Assembly (NCBI GenBank): GCA_019058445.1
Contig: JAHPZA010000010.1
Location: forward strand, 256,001-320,000
Reading direction: 5' to 3'
Length of the DNA stretch: 64,000 nt
From: Promethearchaeota archaeon
GTDB lineage: Archaea; Asgardarchaeota; Lokiarchaeia; Sigyniarchaeales; SOKP01
The position numbers and the translations under genes are program-made. Positions 30,098 through 39,497 of this stretch are shown in pieces (position 1 is the stretch's first letter; the number at the start of each line of letters is the position of its first letter). A model generated the notes under the pieces. That model was not told where the DNA came from. It did no database searches and saw nothing but the letters and a program-made list of their open reading frames with translations.

Positions 30098-31321
30098 GTG
30101 CCACACAAAAAATATACTATGAAAAATGTACCACAGGGTAAAAAAAAGAGAGAATTATTCCAAATCTTATTTTTGGGTTTTATTTCCTTTTCACTAATTT
30201 TCTATTTTTATTATATTAGTGATACTTTGACAGTTCCAACGAACTTACCGAAAGTCTACATTACTTGTAATTCTGATATTAGTAAAAATCGTTATAGAGA
30301 ATGTGTAATTGAAGTAGAATATGATTCTACATTAGCAGATGTTAGACTAAGAGGCAATGCTAAAACAAGATACGATAAGAAAGAATACCGAGTACGACTA
30401 TATCAACCGAAATCGTTTGTAGGAATGCGTCGTGACGATGACTGGCAACTTTTTGCAATGTATGATGACTTTACATATATGAGAACTAAGTTAGCATTCG
30501 ATGTATGGCGTAGTCTGGAGCCTTCAAATCCAACGGCTATTTTACCAGACTCGGAATATGTAAATCTTTATTTAAACAATGAATACAAAGGTCTTTATTT
30601 ATTAGCAGAAAAAAATGATAGGAGATTATTCGGATTGGATCACCCAAGAAATAATACAGATTCGAGTTTAATATTTCAAGCTGAACCCTTTACACTGCTT
30701 AGAGAATATGATAAAGATGTCTGGCAACAAGACCTCCCAGATCCTGAAAATGTCAACATCATAGATGAGATATTAACTAACTTAATTTATTTTATCAATA
30801 ATACATCTAATGAGGATTTTTTTAATCCAGTTTCGGGGATTTATTCAATTTTTTATAAACAAAACTTAATAGATTTTTTTATATTTAATCTTTTCATACT
30901 TCATGGGGATTTTTGGCATCATAATTATTTTATTGTTAGAAATACTAATCCCAGTAAATTCTTTATGATTCCATGGGATTTTGATATAAGTTTTGGTCAA
31001 GCAGCTGAACATATTTATAGCGCTAATGAGAATCCAGAATCAGAAATTAGACGAGTAAATGAATTATTTCGTCGTTTACTAGATTATGAAGAATTTAGGG
31101 CAGATTGTAAAAATCGATGGATAAATCTTAGAAATAATCTTTGGACAAATGGATTTTTTGAAGATCTGATTTTAGATAATTATGAAGAAATAAAAGATAG
31201 TTTACCACTTGATTGGAATATGTGGTATTCTAAAATAGATGATAAAAATTATATAAAAATTCTAATTGAATGGATACCTGAGCGTTTAGAATATTGCGAT
31301 TCTTATTTCTCTCAATTTTAA
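30098..31321 (+). CDS. cotH: CotH-family atypical kinase with N-terminal membrane anchor
   Basis: RLRGN...KKEYR, YVNLYLN.EY.GLYLLAEK, DFWHHNY, IPWDFD; single N-terminal TM helix. Confidence 0.88.
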   Translation: MPHKKYTMKNVPQGKKKRELFQILFLGFISFSLIFYFYYISDTLTVPTNLPKVYITCNSDISKNRYRECVIEVEYDSTLADVRLRGNAKTRYDKKEYRVRLYQPKSFVGMRRDDDWQLFAMYDDFTYMRTKLAFDVWRSLEPSNPTAILPDSEYVNLYLNNEYKGLYLLAEKNDRRLFGLDHPRNNTDSSLIFQAEPFTLLREYDKDVWQQDLPDPENVNIIDEILTNLIYFINNTSNEDFFNPVSGIYSIFYKQNLIDFFIFNLFILHGDFWHHNYFIVRNTNPSKFFMIPWDFDISFGQAAEHIYSANENPESEIRRVNELFRRLLDYEEFRADCKNRWINLRNNLWTNGFFEDLILDNYEEIKDSLPLDWNMWYSKIDDKNYIKILIEWIPERLEYCDSYFSQF

Positions 31322-31361
31322 ATAAAAGAATTGCATAATTTTAACAGGTATCTCTTGATTT

Positions 31362-32126
31362 TTATATTTCTACGGAACTACTACCCTCAATTACTTTTAC
31401 ATGAGTAATATATTTGAAATTTTGAATTTCTCTTAAAAGTTGAGCCTTAGGAGTGAGTTTATCTTCAAAGATTTCTCTACTTTTTCTAAAACTCGTTAAT
31501 GAGAACAAGGGCGATTTTTGTTTAAAAGTAACGATAAAACTAAGACGATTTGTTTTCTCATCGACAGAATCAACACCTAATAAAGAATAGTATTTCAAAT
31601 AAGAGATAAAGATTGGAGTTAAGATTTTAGCATAATCTTTATCAACAGGGAAGTACATCTCTAAAATATCTTGAGCTAACCCTTTTTGACCAAATTGAGT
31701 ATAGGTCAGGAAATACATTAGACCACAGCCGACAAAGGTACCAATCATTGCTAAAGGATAAAACCTTGTGCCACAAGCCATACCAATGGCCATAACAAAG
31801 AAAATAAACCCTACATCTCTGCTATCTTTTACAGCATTTCTAAACCGAACGATAGAGAGTGCTCCGAGTAAAGTAAATGCACGAGCGATGTTTGTTCCGA
31901 TTATTAACATTACCATTGCAACAATCATTCCAATGAGTACTAAATTCTGCGTAAAAGTTTGAGAATAACTTACTCCTCTATGAGTTCCTCTATAAGTTAT
32001 TGCAATAATAATGCTTAAAACTAGACTCCAGAAAAGGACAAGAAGGACATCCATTAAATCTATTTCAGTCCCTAAATTACGGAAAGATTGTTCCATAAAG
32101 ATCGTAAAAAAATCTTGAAATATCAT
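31362..32126 (-). CDS. DUF4956 membrane protein (TM bundle plus ACT-like C-terminus)
   Basis: NIARAFTLLGALSIVRFRNAVKD.RD..FIF..MAIGMACG signature. Confidence 0.9.
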   Translation of the reverse strand: MIFQDFFTIFMEQSFRNLGTEIDLMDVLLVLFWSLVLSIIIAITYRGTHRGVSYSQTFTQNLVLIGMIVAMVMLIIGTNIARAFTLLGALSIVRFRNAVKDSRDVGFIFFVMAIGMACGTRFYPLAMIGTFVGCGLMYFLTYTQFGQKGLAQDILEMYFPVDKDYAKILTPIFISYLKYYSLLGVDSVDEKTNRLSFIVTFKQKSPLFSLTSFRKSREIFEDKLTPKAQLLREIQNFKYITHVKVIEGSSSVEI

Positions 32127-32163
32127 ATAAAAAACACCAATTTTGTATTATAAAAAAACTTTA

Positions 32164-32904
32164 TTAAACAATACTCAGTATTATTCCACGCTCTAAACCA
32201 CTGGCAAATTTGCTCATTTTTTGTTGGAGAATATTATTTCTTTGAAGCATTTTAACTGCCCAATGAGGGATAAAACTATTGAATTTAATTTCCATTATGG
32301 ATACATTAGGAGAAACTACATACTTAGAACCATTTCCAACATGAAGATCAAAGTTAAAATATCGGACTCTAACATTTGTATCAAATGTTATCCTAAATCT
32401 ATTCTCCAATCTATCCATATATGGTTGCCTATCATAGCAGACAACACAAACGGGTTGTAAACTATATCTCTTATATAGATACCAAATTTCATCTAAATTT
32501 ACTTTATCTTCCTTACTAGCGTTCTCATAGAAGTTTTGTGCTTCAGGAGTTGTGTTATCAATAATTTTGAAAGCATCATTAAATGGAACAAGAACTCTAT
32601 TTTTAGATACATTTTCATTATTTTTTTTTTTTAGCTCGATAAAAACCAATTCATCATCCCCGTTTTGAAAATCGGGGTAGAACCGTATCCTTAATTTTAT
32701 TCTCGTCTTAATTCCATTAGTTTTTTCAAAAAAAGATTTTTTGAATGGTGAGTCAAAATATACACTTCTCACTTCATAATGATGATTGTTAGTAACATGT
32801 GTATCTAATTTCATAAAAGGTTGGATTTGTCTAATTACATTATTTTGCTGTATCATTGAAAGTTGATACTTAATCTCAAATCGATTGAAATATTTTTGCT
32901 GCAA
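32164..32904 (-). CDS. VTC-domain (CYTH-like) polyphosphate polymerase domain protein
   Basis: RFEIKY, VRSVYFDS, KLRIRFY, FIELKKK, YDRQPY, RITFD, IMEIKF, SKF. Confidence 0.92.
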   Translation of the reverse strand: MQQKYFNRFEIKYQLSMIQQNNVIRQIQPFMKLDTHVTNNHHYEVRSVYFDSPFKKSFFEKTNGIKTRIKLRIRFYPDFQNGDDELVFIELKKKNNENVSKNRVLVPFNDAFKIIDNTTPEAQNFYENASKEDKVNLDEIWYLYKRYSLQPVCVVCYDRQPYMDRLENRFRITFDTNVRVRYFNFDLHVGNGSKYVVSPNVSIMEIKFNSFIPHWAVKMLQRNNILQQKMSKFASGLERGIILSIV

Positions 32905-33189
32905 TTTTATCTTACACTCTATACTCTTTAATACAACAATTTAAGTAATTAATAGTGTAATAAAAATTTCTTTTTTTATATTTAATCCATTTAATTAAAA
33001 GTCTGAAGTGTTTAGGATATATCGCTCAAAAGTCGTTAATTTCGATTATTTTAATAAAAATCAAATGAGATAATAAGGATTTTAACCAAAACACTCTAAT
33101 TATAATTTAGGAGGCATAAAGTTAAAAGTGTGCATTATTTATGAAAATTTAAGATATATGATAATGATGAAACTTGGTTCAAAATCTTC

Positions 33190-34473
33190 ATGATTAAATC
33201 AAAGATCTTAATAACCAAATTACCAATGCACCGACGGAAAAAGGAAGTATTGGTGCTATTTACTACAGGAATTCTCGCGTTTTCAGCAATTTTTTTTTAT
33301 TCCTATATCTTGTATTCCCAATTAAGTCTTTTGGAATTTCCTAGAATAAATATTACATGTGATGATGAAAGCCTTACTAATGAAGAGTATATAAATTGTA
33401 CCTTTGAACTAGAAAATGAGGAGGATTCTGAAAGAATCCTACTCTTAAATTCTAAGATTCGAATTAGGGGATCAGGATCAGGCGGAGGAGTTCATCGATG
33501 GCCAAAAAAGGGATATCGTATTGAATTATCTCAGCAAGTGTCATTATTAGGAATGAGAAAGGAAGATGATTGGATTTTATTTGCTTTATATACAGATTAT
33601 CCGAGGATGAGAATTAAGCACTCCATGGATATTTGGCGGAGTTTAGAGTCGAGTGATCCAACTGCTATTTTACCAGAATCCGAATACGTTATTTTATATC
33701 TTAACGGTGAATTTCAGGGGCTTTATTTACTTGCAGAAAAAAATAATAGAAGACTATTCGGACTTGATGATGCAACAAATAATATTAATTCTAGTCTCAT
33801 CATTCAAGCGGGACCGAATGCTTTTTTTACGGAATATGATGAAACTGAATGGGAACAAGACTGGCCAAATGAGGATGACGATATATTTATTAAAGATAAA
33901 ATTATGACTGAATTAATAGATTTTATTAACAATTCTAAAGATGAAGAATTTTTTAATGACAAAAAGGGTATTTATAGTATTTTTGATAAGCAAAATTTAA
34001 TTGATTTTTATGTATATAATTACTTCATACTCCATGAAGATTTTTGGAGGAAAAATTATTTTATCGTCAGAAATAGCGAACCAAGCAAATTTTTTTTAGT
34101 TCCATGGGATTTTGATCACGCACTAGGACAGTATATGGATAAAACATATCCTTTTTATATGGATCCTGAATCTGAACTTAGAAAAAACAATGAATTATAT
34201 AATCGTCTTTTAGATAATAAAGAATTCAGAATGGAATGTAAGCTACGTTGGTTTCAATTAAGAGAAGAACTGTGGACTGAAGAGTTTTTCTTAGAGATGT
34301 GTGAAGATTATTATGAAACAATAAAGCCTATTTTGGAATATGATACAAGTGTATGGAATCCTTTTTTGATAAAAGAAAGTTGGAATAATGATGTGGATGA
34401 ATCTGTCTCAGAATTGATTGAGTGGATTCCTAACAGAATTGAATTTTGTGATGATTATTTTGCTCAATTTTAG
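33190..34473 (+). CDS. cotH: CotH-family atypical kinase with N-terminal membrane anchor, paralogue 2
   Basis: RIRGSGS...PKKGYRIEL, GLYLLAEK, DFWRKNY, VPWDFD. Confidence 0.88.
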   Translation: MIKSKILITKLPMHRRKKEVLVLFTTGILAFSAIFFYSYILYSQLSLLEFPRINITCDDESLTNEEYINCTFELENEEDSERILLLNSKIRIRGSGSGGGVHRWPKKGYRIELSQQVSLLGMRKEDDWILFALYTDYPRMRIKHSMDIWRSLESSDPTAILPESEYVILYLNGEFQGLYLLAEKNNRRLFGLDDATNNINSSLIIQAGPNAFFTEYDETEWEQDWPNEDDDIFIKDKIMTELIDFINNSKDEEFFNDKKGIYSIFDKQNLIDFYVYNYFILHEDFWRKNYFIVRNSEPSKFFLVPWDFDHALGQYMDKTYPFYMDPESELRKNNELYNRLLDNKEFRMECKLRWFQLREELWTEEFFLEMCEDYYETIKPILEYDTSVWNPFLIKESWNNDVDESVSELIEWIPNRIEFCDDYFAQF

Positions 34474-34735
34474 AAAAATAACTTAAATGATTTTTTTTAA
34501 CTTCACTATTTATAATATCCAATTTCTTGCATATCAATAGCCAGAGCAAAAATAAGAATTAAGAGTTTATTTTTTTCATTTAAAGGAAATTGATTTTTTT
34601 CAAAATATATTGCTATGGGAAATATCAGAAAAGGATATATATAAGAACACACCTCTATTAATGCTAAAAACTAATAGATACATAATTAGTAACTAAATTA
34701 TAGTTACTCAAGTTAAAAAAGTAAGTAAAATATTA

Positions 34736-35149
34736 ATGAATTGGAGAATTAAAACAATGGAGAAAAGCTTTTCAATTTCTAAAAAAATAACAAAAGAAGA
34801 TATCCAGAAGTTTATTGAAATTAGTGGTGATGACAATCCTGTTCATACAGATGAAAATTTTGCTAAGAGAACAATTTTTAGAAAACCTATAGCACACGGC
34901 TTAATTTCTGCTTCTTTAATATCCTGTGGTTTAACTAAACTTATGGGAGAAGGAAATATTTGGCTCACTCAAGATTTAAAATTTGAAAAACCAGTATATA
35001 TAGGTGATGAGATAACAGCAAATCTGAAAATTGTAAACATTGATTCGAATAAAGTATATAAAATTGAAACTACTTTGACAAACCAAAACGGAAAAGTTGT
35101 TATTAGCGGTTTTGCTGAATGCAAACTTTTCCCCGTTAAAAAGACTTAA
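34736..35149 (+). CDS. MaoC/PhaJ-family (R)-specific enoyl-thioester hydratase/dehydratase
   Basis: SGDDNPVHTD...PIAHG, F.KPVYIGD; probable start at ATG 34757. Confidence 0.9.
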   Translation: MNWRIKTMEKSFSISKKITKEDIQKFIEISGDDNPVHTDENFAKRTIFRKPIAHGLISASLISCGLTKLMGEGNIWLTQDLKFEKPVYIGDEITANLKIVNIDSNKVYKIETTLTNQNGKVVISGFAECKLFPVKKT

Positions 35150-35179
35150 TTTGTTAGTTTAATTATAAAAATTGAAGAA

Positions 35180-35989
35180 TTGATGCAAAATATTAAATTA
35201 CCTTATTATCTTTCTTTCGATAAATTGCTATACTCAACAAACCTATATGGTTATGAATATAATTTTTATACTGCTATGATAAGCAATAACTTCATTTTAA
35301 TTGGTCATAGCTCAAAAAACCCTAAAAAAGGAAATAGGCAGAAAGCAATCAATAAAATATTAAAAAGTAGGTTAATTTGGAATAAATCTGAATTAAAAGC
35401 TCTCAATTTAATCTTAGGGGAGAAGCAATTATATAAAATTACCGAATGGATTTTAACTAGAATATTATTAAAGTTAGGATTAATTTTATTCTGGAAGGAA
35501 TGCGATACTAATATAAAATGTTCCATAAAAGAGATCTCACTAGAGAAAAATCACTTGAATAAGCCAAATATTAAAATTATTTCAAATAACAATACTTTAT
35601 CAAACCATAAATCTTTCGTATCAATTTCACACTCTAAAAAAGAAGTTTTTGTAGCTCTATGCAATAATCCCATTGGAATTGATACTGAACTAATAGATAA
35701 TCATTCGGAATCCTGGGAAAACAAAATCGTTTCAGAACTAGAAATTATAAATCTAAGTTATTTGCTAAAAAAATGCTGTGATTTATCGAAAGAAACAATA
35801 CTTACGATCATATGGGCTCTAAAAGAATCAACATTAAAGATCCAAGATGAGATTTCAATAGGTTCTTTACCAGAAATAGTTATTAGTATAGATAATAATA
35901 GAATAATAACTAGAGCTCCCACAAACAATAGAATCTATTATAACTATATTTCATTTAATAATGATTCTGTCTTAGTACTAACGATTTAA
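35180..35989 (+). CDS. 4'-phosphopantetheinyl transferase (Sfp/AcpS superfamily)
   Basis: KP...VSISHS, PIGIDTE, WALKESTLK motifs. Confidence 0.82.
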   Translation: MMQNIKLPYYLSFDKLLYSTNLYGYEYNFYTAMISNNFILIGHSSKNPKKGNRQKAINKILKSRLIWNKSELKALNLILGEKQLYKITEWILTRILLKLGLILFWKECDTNIKCSIKEISLEKNHLNKPNIKIISNNNTLSNHKSFVSISHSKKEVFVALCNNPIGIDTELIDNHSESWENKIVSELEIINLSYLLKKCCDLSKETILTIIWALKESTLKIQDEISIGSLPEIVISIDNNRIITRAPTNNRIYYNYISFNNDSVLVLTI

Positions 35990-36004
35990 AGATTCTAATT
36001 AAAT

Positions 36005-37291
36005 TTACCTTCCAATATAGACTGTAACCCAGTTAACTAATCTTGACAAGAATAGCATTCCATCCCATGGGGAATCAAATAAATGCATTTGTCCCAGATT
36101 TACACACCGAGATACTCCCCGCATTGTAACTTGATTCGCGAAATCAAGTAATTTAGATTTGTTTTCTATAGCGCAACCTATAGTTTGGACTTTTTTAGTA
36201 ATTAAAGGGATAAGTTGCTGTATGGAATCTATCTGCTTAATAAATATTGTTCTAGATTCAACAGGTTCCTCTAATGTCAAATCATTATTTATTAAAATTG
36301 TCCAATCATTTTCCCAAGGACAAATTACCGATTTTGAGGGACTCAGAGCGTAATCTGCTCTTACATTTATGATTTTTGTGGTTATATATTGATCAATCTC
36401 GGTTTTAGGATATCTTCTTGCTGCTTTTTTGAATTCTTCAGCTATGATTTGCGCTATTTCGTTTAAAGATTTGTTACTTCTTTCAAAAAATACAGTATGT
36501 GGTGATGTGCATGCTGCTTGATCGAATAAAAGTATATTGTTAATTAGAAAACGGATCTGTCTTGCAAAACTATCTAATTGAATTGCCTCAGTATCAAACA
36601 CAGAAAAGGAATATTTAGGTCCAAAAATAATATCTTCGCAATGTGTTCTTTTAGGTAACCCGGTTATTGCATTAACTGCCTCTTCACCTCCCCACACAAT
36701 TCTTGCATCGGCAATCTCAGAGAGCTCCAGATTAGCTTTATTATTGGTTCTCTCATAGTAGATAATACCCACCGATTTCAGAAGTTCTAACCCGGTAAGT
36801 CCTGTTTCAGTTTTGGTATTTGAAAAAACCTTTAACAACTTTATTATTGCTTCATGGCTATTCGGGGGAATTCTTAAGATATTTGCATTTCCAACAAATA
36901 AAGACTGTAATAATGAAAATAATCCTAAAGTGGGTACATTGCCAGCAATCCAATGACATGCTATACCACGTGGTTGGGCTTTAATACGCTTTTTATCTCC
37001 AACAAAGTTTTCCAAATATTCAAGATTGAAAAAATTTTTCTCAACTATTTGCATAAAATTACTTCGTCTTAACCAGGCTGACAGAAAAATTGCTCCTTCT
37101 AATCGATTAACTTCTCTATTTTTTCTAAGATTCTCGCTATACCCTTGAAAAAGGTCAATGATATCACTTTTCTCAACCTTATTTAAATTTAAAAAGCCTT
37201 CTTGTATTGTGTTTAATAGCGGTCTAATAGAAGCCACTTTTTTACATTGAGGATAATAAAATTCTCCTCCAAACATGGCTAAATCGATCAT
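36005..37291 (-). CDS. luxC: LuxC-family acyl-thioester reductase
   Basis: PRGIACHWIAGNVP, WGGEEAV, FGPKYS, FDQAACTSP (catalytic Cys), PWDG. Confidence 0.9.
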   Translation of the reverse strand: MIDLAMFGGEFYYPQCKKVASIRPLLNTIQEGFLNLNKVEKSDIIDLFQGYSENLRKNREVNRLEGAIFLSAWLRRSNFMQIVEKNFFNLEYLENFVGDKKRIKAQPRGIACHWIAGNVPTLGLFSLLQSLFVGNANILRIPPNSHEAIIKLLKVFSNTKTETGLTGLELLKSVGIIYYERTNNKANLELSEIADARIVWGGEEAVNAITGLPKRTHCEDIIFGPKYSFSVFDTEAIQLDSFARQIRFLINNILLFDQAACTSPHTVFFERSNKSLNEIAQIIAEEFKKAARRYPKTEIDQYITTKIINVRADYALSPSKSVICPWENDWTILINNDLTLEEPVESRTIFIKQIDSIQQLIPLITKKVQTIGCAIENKSKLLDFANQVTMRGVSRCVNLGQMHLFDSPWDGMLFLSRLVNWVTVYIGR

Positions 37292-39496
37292 TTAATTGCC
37301 CCCTCCCAACTCTGCGAATGTGTCTCCACAGCCCCGAGTTTCAGTTTTCTCAACTCTAGAACGAAACTTAAAATATTTCCCTTTTCTGCCACAAGCACAA
37401 TCATCTATACCGCATAACTCACCTATATCTTCTGTTATAATTGCTAATCCGGGATAACTGGAAGGAATCAAACTTAAAATTTCGATTAATCCTGGTTTAC
37501 CAATAGGATTTTCTTTCATAGTGTAAAAATCGCGAATTATTACATCAGCAAAATCGGGTACATGTTTATAACCTTGCTCACAGTCAAGAAAGACTACCCC
37601 TAATTGTTCAACCATTCCATAAAAATCTATCACATTCTCAGGTACAGTGCCAAAAATTTCAGCAAGAGTTTGTGAAAAGATTTTCTTATCGACAGACTGC
37701 GCAGTTAATTTTTTCCATCCGCCGCTATGAATTAATTTCATATTAGGAAAGTTAAGTTTTATGTCAAACTTTAATACTTGGTCAACAAATCGAGTCCAAA
37801 TGATATATGTAAACCCTGATACTAAAATATCGTGTCCAGCATATTTTTCACAAAATTCGTTCAATCTATCGAAATTGAGAACCAATTCACCATTTTCCTC
37901 ATCCATCACATAGACGATACCTTTTGCAAAATTGGATATTCCTCTTACAGCAGCTCCCCGCGCAGATAATGTATCCATATTTGGTATATTTATATTTTCG
38001 GTATCAATTACAAGCAGAGGGCGTCTTTTCCCTCCAAGATAGTTTTTTAAGGTTGAGATCAATGCTTTAGATTGACGAAATGAAGTTTCTTTATTAATGT
38101 AAATTTTGCTTGGAATTCCAGTAGTTGTAGCACTTGATTTTAGAATTCGAAATATTTCTTCGTCAGGACATGTCTTTAAATCAAATTTTTTAAACATGGA
38201 TACAGGAATAGGAGGAATTTGACTTAATGAAAAATAATAGTCCGGATTTCGTCCTATCGATAAATAGAATTCTCTCAATATGGGAGAAAATTCTATATGT
38301 TCCCTAATCCTCTCTGCAATTAAGGGAAGAAGCAATTTATGTTTAGTCTTCTGATTCATTGTAAATTGCTCGTTTGCAAAAAATTCATCAATATTTGATT
38401 TAAGGACATGTCCTGATTTTTGTTCAAGGATCCAATTGATTAAATCGATTAAATTTTCTCTTTTCATTCGGACAGGACTCGTTTTAATAGATGGATCGAT
38501 TAAAGCTATATCTGCCCATTGCTCTGGATTAATATCTTTAAGAACATCTGTGTTCCGAAATTTGTCAAATCCAATGTCCTCATAGAGTTCTAAAAATTCA
38601 TCATATACAACTTGATTGCGCATATTTTTGAGCCATTGAAGAGTTGGCTTTAACACAGTTAAAATCGAACTTGAGTGGGATGTTTTAAATTGTTGTTCTA
38701 GAGCATGTGCTAAGGCATGAACGGCTCCTACGTATGCATTACCTTGCACAACACCGCCAAGATACCCGGCATACATGATTTCTGATAAACCATTTGTATC
38801 GTCTAAATTTTCTTTTATTTTAGAAAATCCTAGTTTCAATAATTCTAAACAACTCCTACTAATAGCTTTTATTAAAGGTGAGCTCGCCATTGAAACTTGT
38901 CCTTCAGAGGCATGAGAGAAGATATCTGCTCCAAAAATAAAAAGATCTTTAATTTCAATTGTCTCGAGAAAAGTATGGTCTAAAATTGCCAAATCGGGTA
39001 AGAAACCCTTATTAATGAATGGTAACTTTTTTCCTTCATTATTATTTAAGACAGCAATAGCAGTAGCTTCAGAACCCGTGCCTGGTGTAGTTGGAATTGC
39101 CACTAATTTTATTGCATTATATTCACAGAATTGTTGATTTTCTAGATCTAAAAATGTCAAATTTGGATTATCTAACAAAACTTTCAACACTTTGGCTGAA
39201 TCAATTACTTTTCCACCTCCAATTGCGACAATAACTTCTGGTTTATTAGTAGAATATCTCTTTTTTAAATTTAGAATAGTTTTTTGATTTGGTGCCTGAA
39301 TGATTTCTTCGTCGATTGACTTTTCTGAAAAATATGTCTTAATTTTTTCATAATATTCAGAATTTTTTATCGTATTCGAAATTAGAATTAAAAATTTTGT
39401 ATATTCTATATGTTTTAAAACAGATACTGCACCTTTTCGATAATATACCTCAGGACTGTTATATATTTTTTTTACCATTAAGTTTTTATTTATCAT
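37292..39496 (-). CDS. Fusion: iron-containing alcohol dehydrogenase (N) plus LuxE acyl-protein synthetase (C)
   Basis: N-half: AIGGGKVIDSAK, IPTTPGTGSEAT, DIFSHA, VHALAH. C-half: IPVSMFK, KSSATT, HSGGWKK, DFYGMVEQ, SYPG...TED, RGCGD. Confidence 0.88.
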   Translation of the reverse strand: MINKNLMVKKIYNSPEVYYRKGAVSVLKHIEYTKFLILISNTIKNSEYYEKIKTYFSEKSIDEEIIQAPNQKTILNLKKRYSTNKPEVIVAIGGGKVIDSAKVLKVLLDNPNLTFLDLENQQFCEYNAIKLVAIPTTPGTGSEATAIAVLNNNEGKKLPFINKGFLPDLAILDHTFLETIEIKDLFIFGADIFSHASEGQVSMASSPLIKAISRSCLELLKLGFSKIKENLDDTNGLSEIMYAGYLGGVVQGNAYVGAVHALAHALEQQFKTSHSSSILTVLKPTLQWLKNMRNQVVYDEFLELYEDIGFDKFRNTDVLKDINPEQWADIALIDPSIKTSPVRMKRENLIDLINWILEQKSGHVLKSNIDEFFANEQFTMNQKTKHKLLLPLIAERIREHIEFSPILREFYLSIGRNPDYYFSLSQIPPIPVSMFKKFDLKTCPDEEIFRILKSSATTTGIPSKIYINKETSFRQSKALISTLKNYLGGKRRPLLVIDTENINIPNMDTLSARGAAVRGISNFAKGIVYVMDEENGELVLNFDRLNEFCEKYAGHDILVSGFTYIIWTRFVDQVLKFDIKLNFPNMKLIHSGGWKKLTAQSVDKKIFSQTLAEIFGTVPENVIDFYGMVEQLGVVFLDCEQGYKHVPDFADVIIRDFYTMKENPIGKPGLIEILSLIPSSYPGLAIITEDIGELCGIDDCACGRKGKYFKFRSRVEKTETRGCGDTFAELGGGN

Positions 39497-39497
39497 A

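Noticed and set aside
30098-34473. Sporulation locus implied by the name CotH
   Set aside because: CotH kinases are widespread outside spore formers, and no other spore genes are present
36005-39496. Bioluminescence (lux) operon
   Set aside because: No luxA/luxB luciferase or luxD in the window; the ACP/ligase/ADH context fits acyl-group synthesis for a glycan
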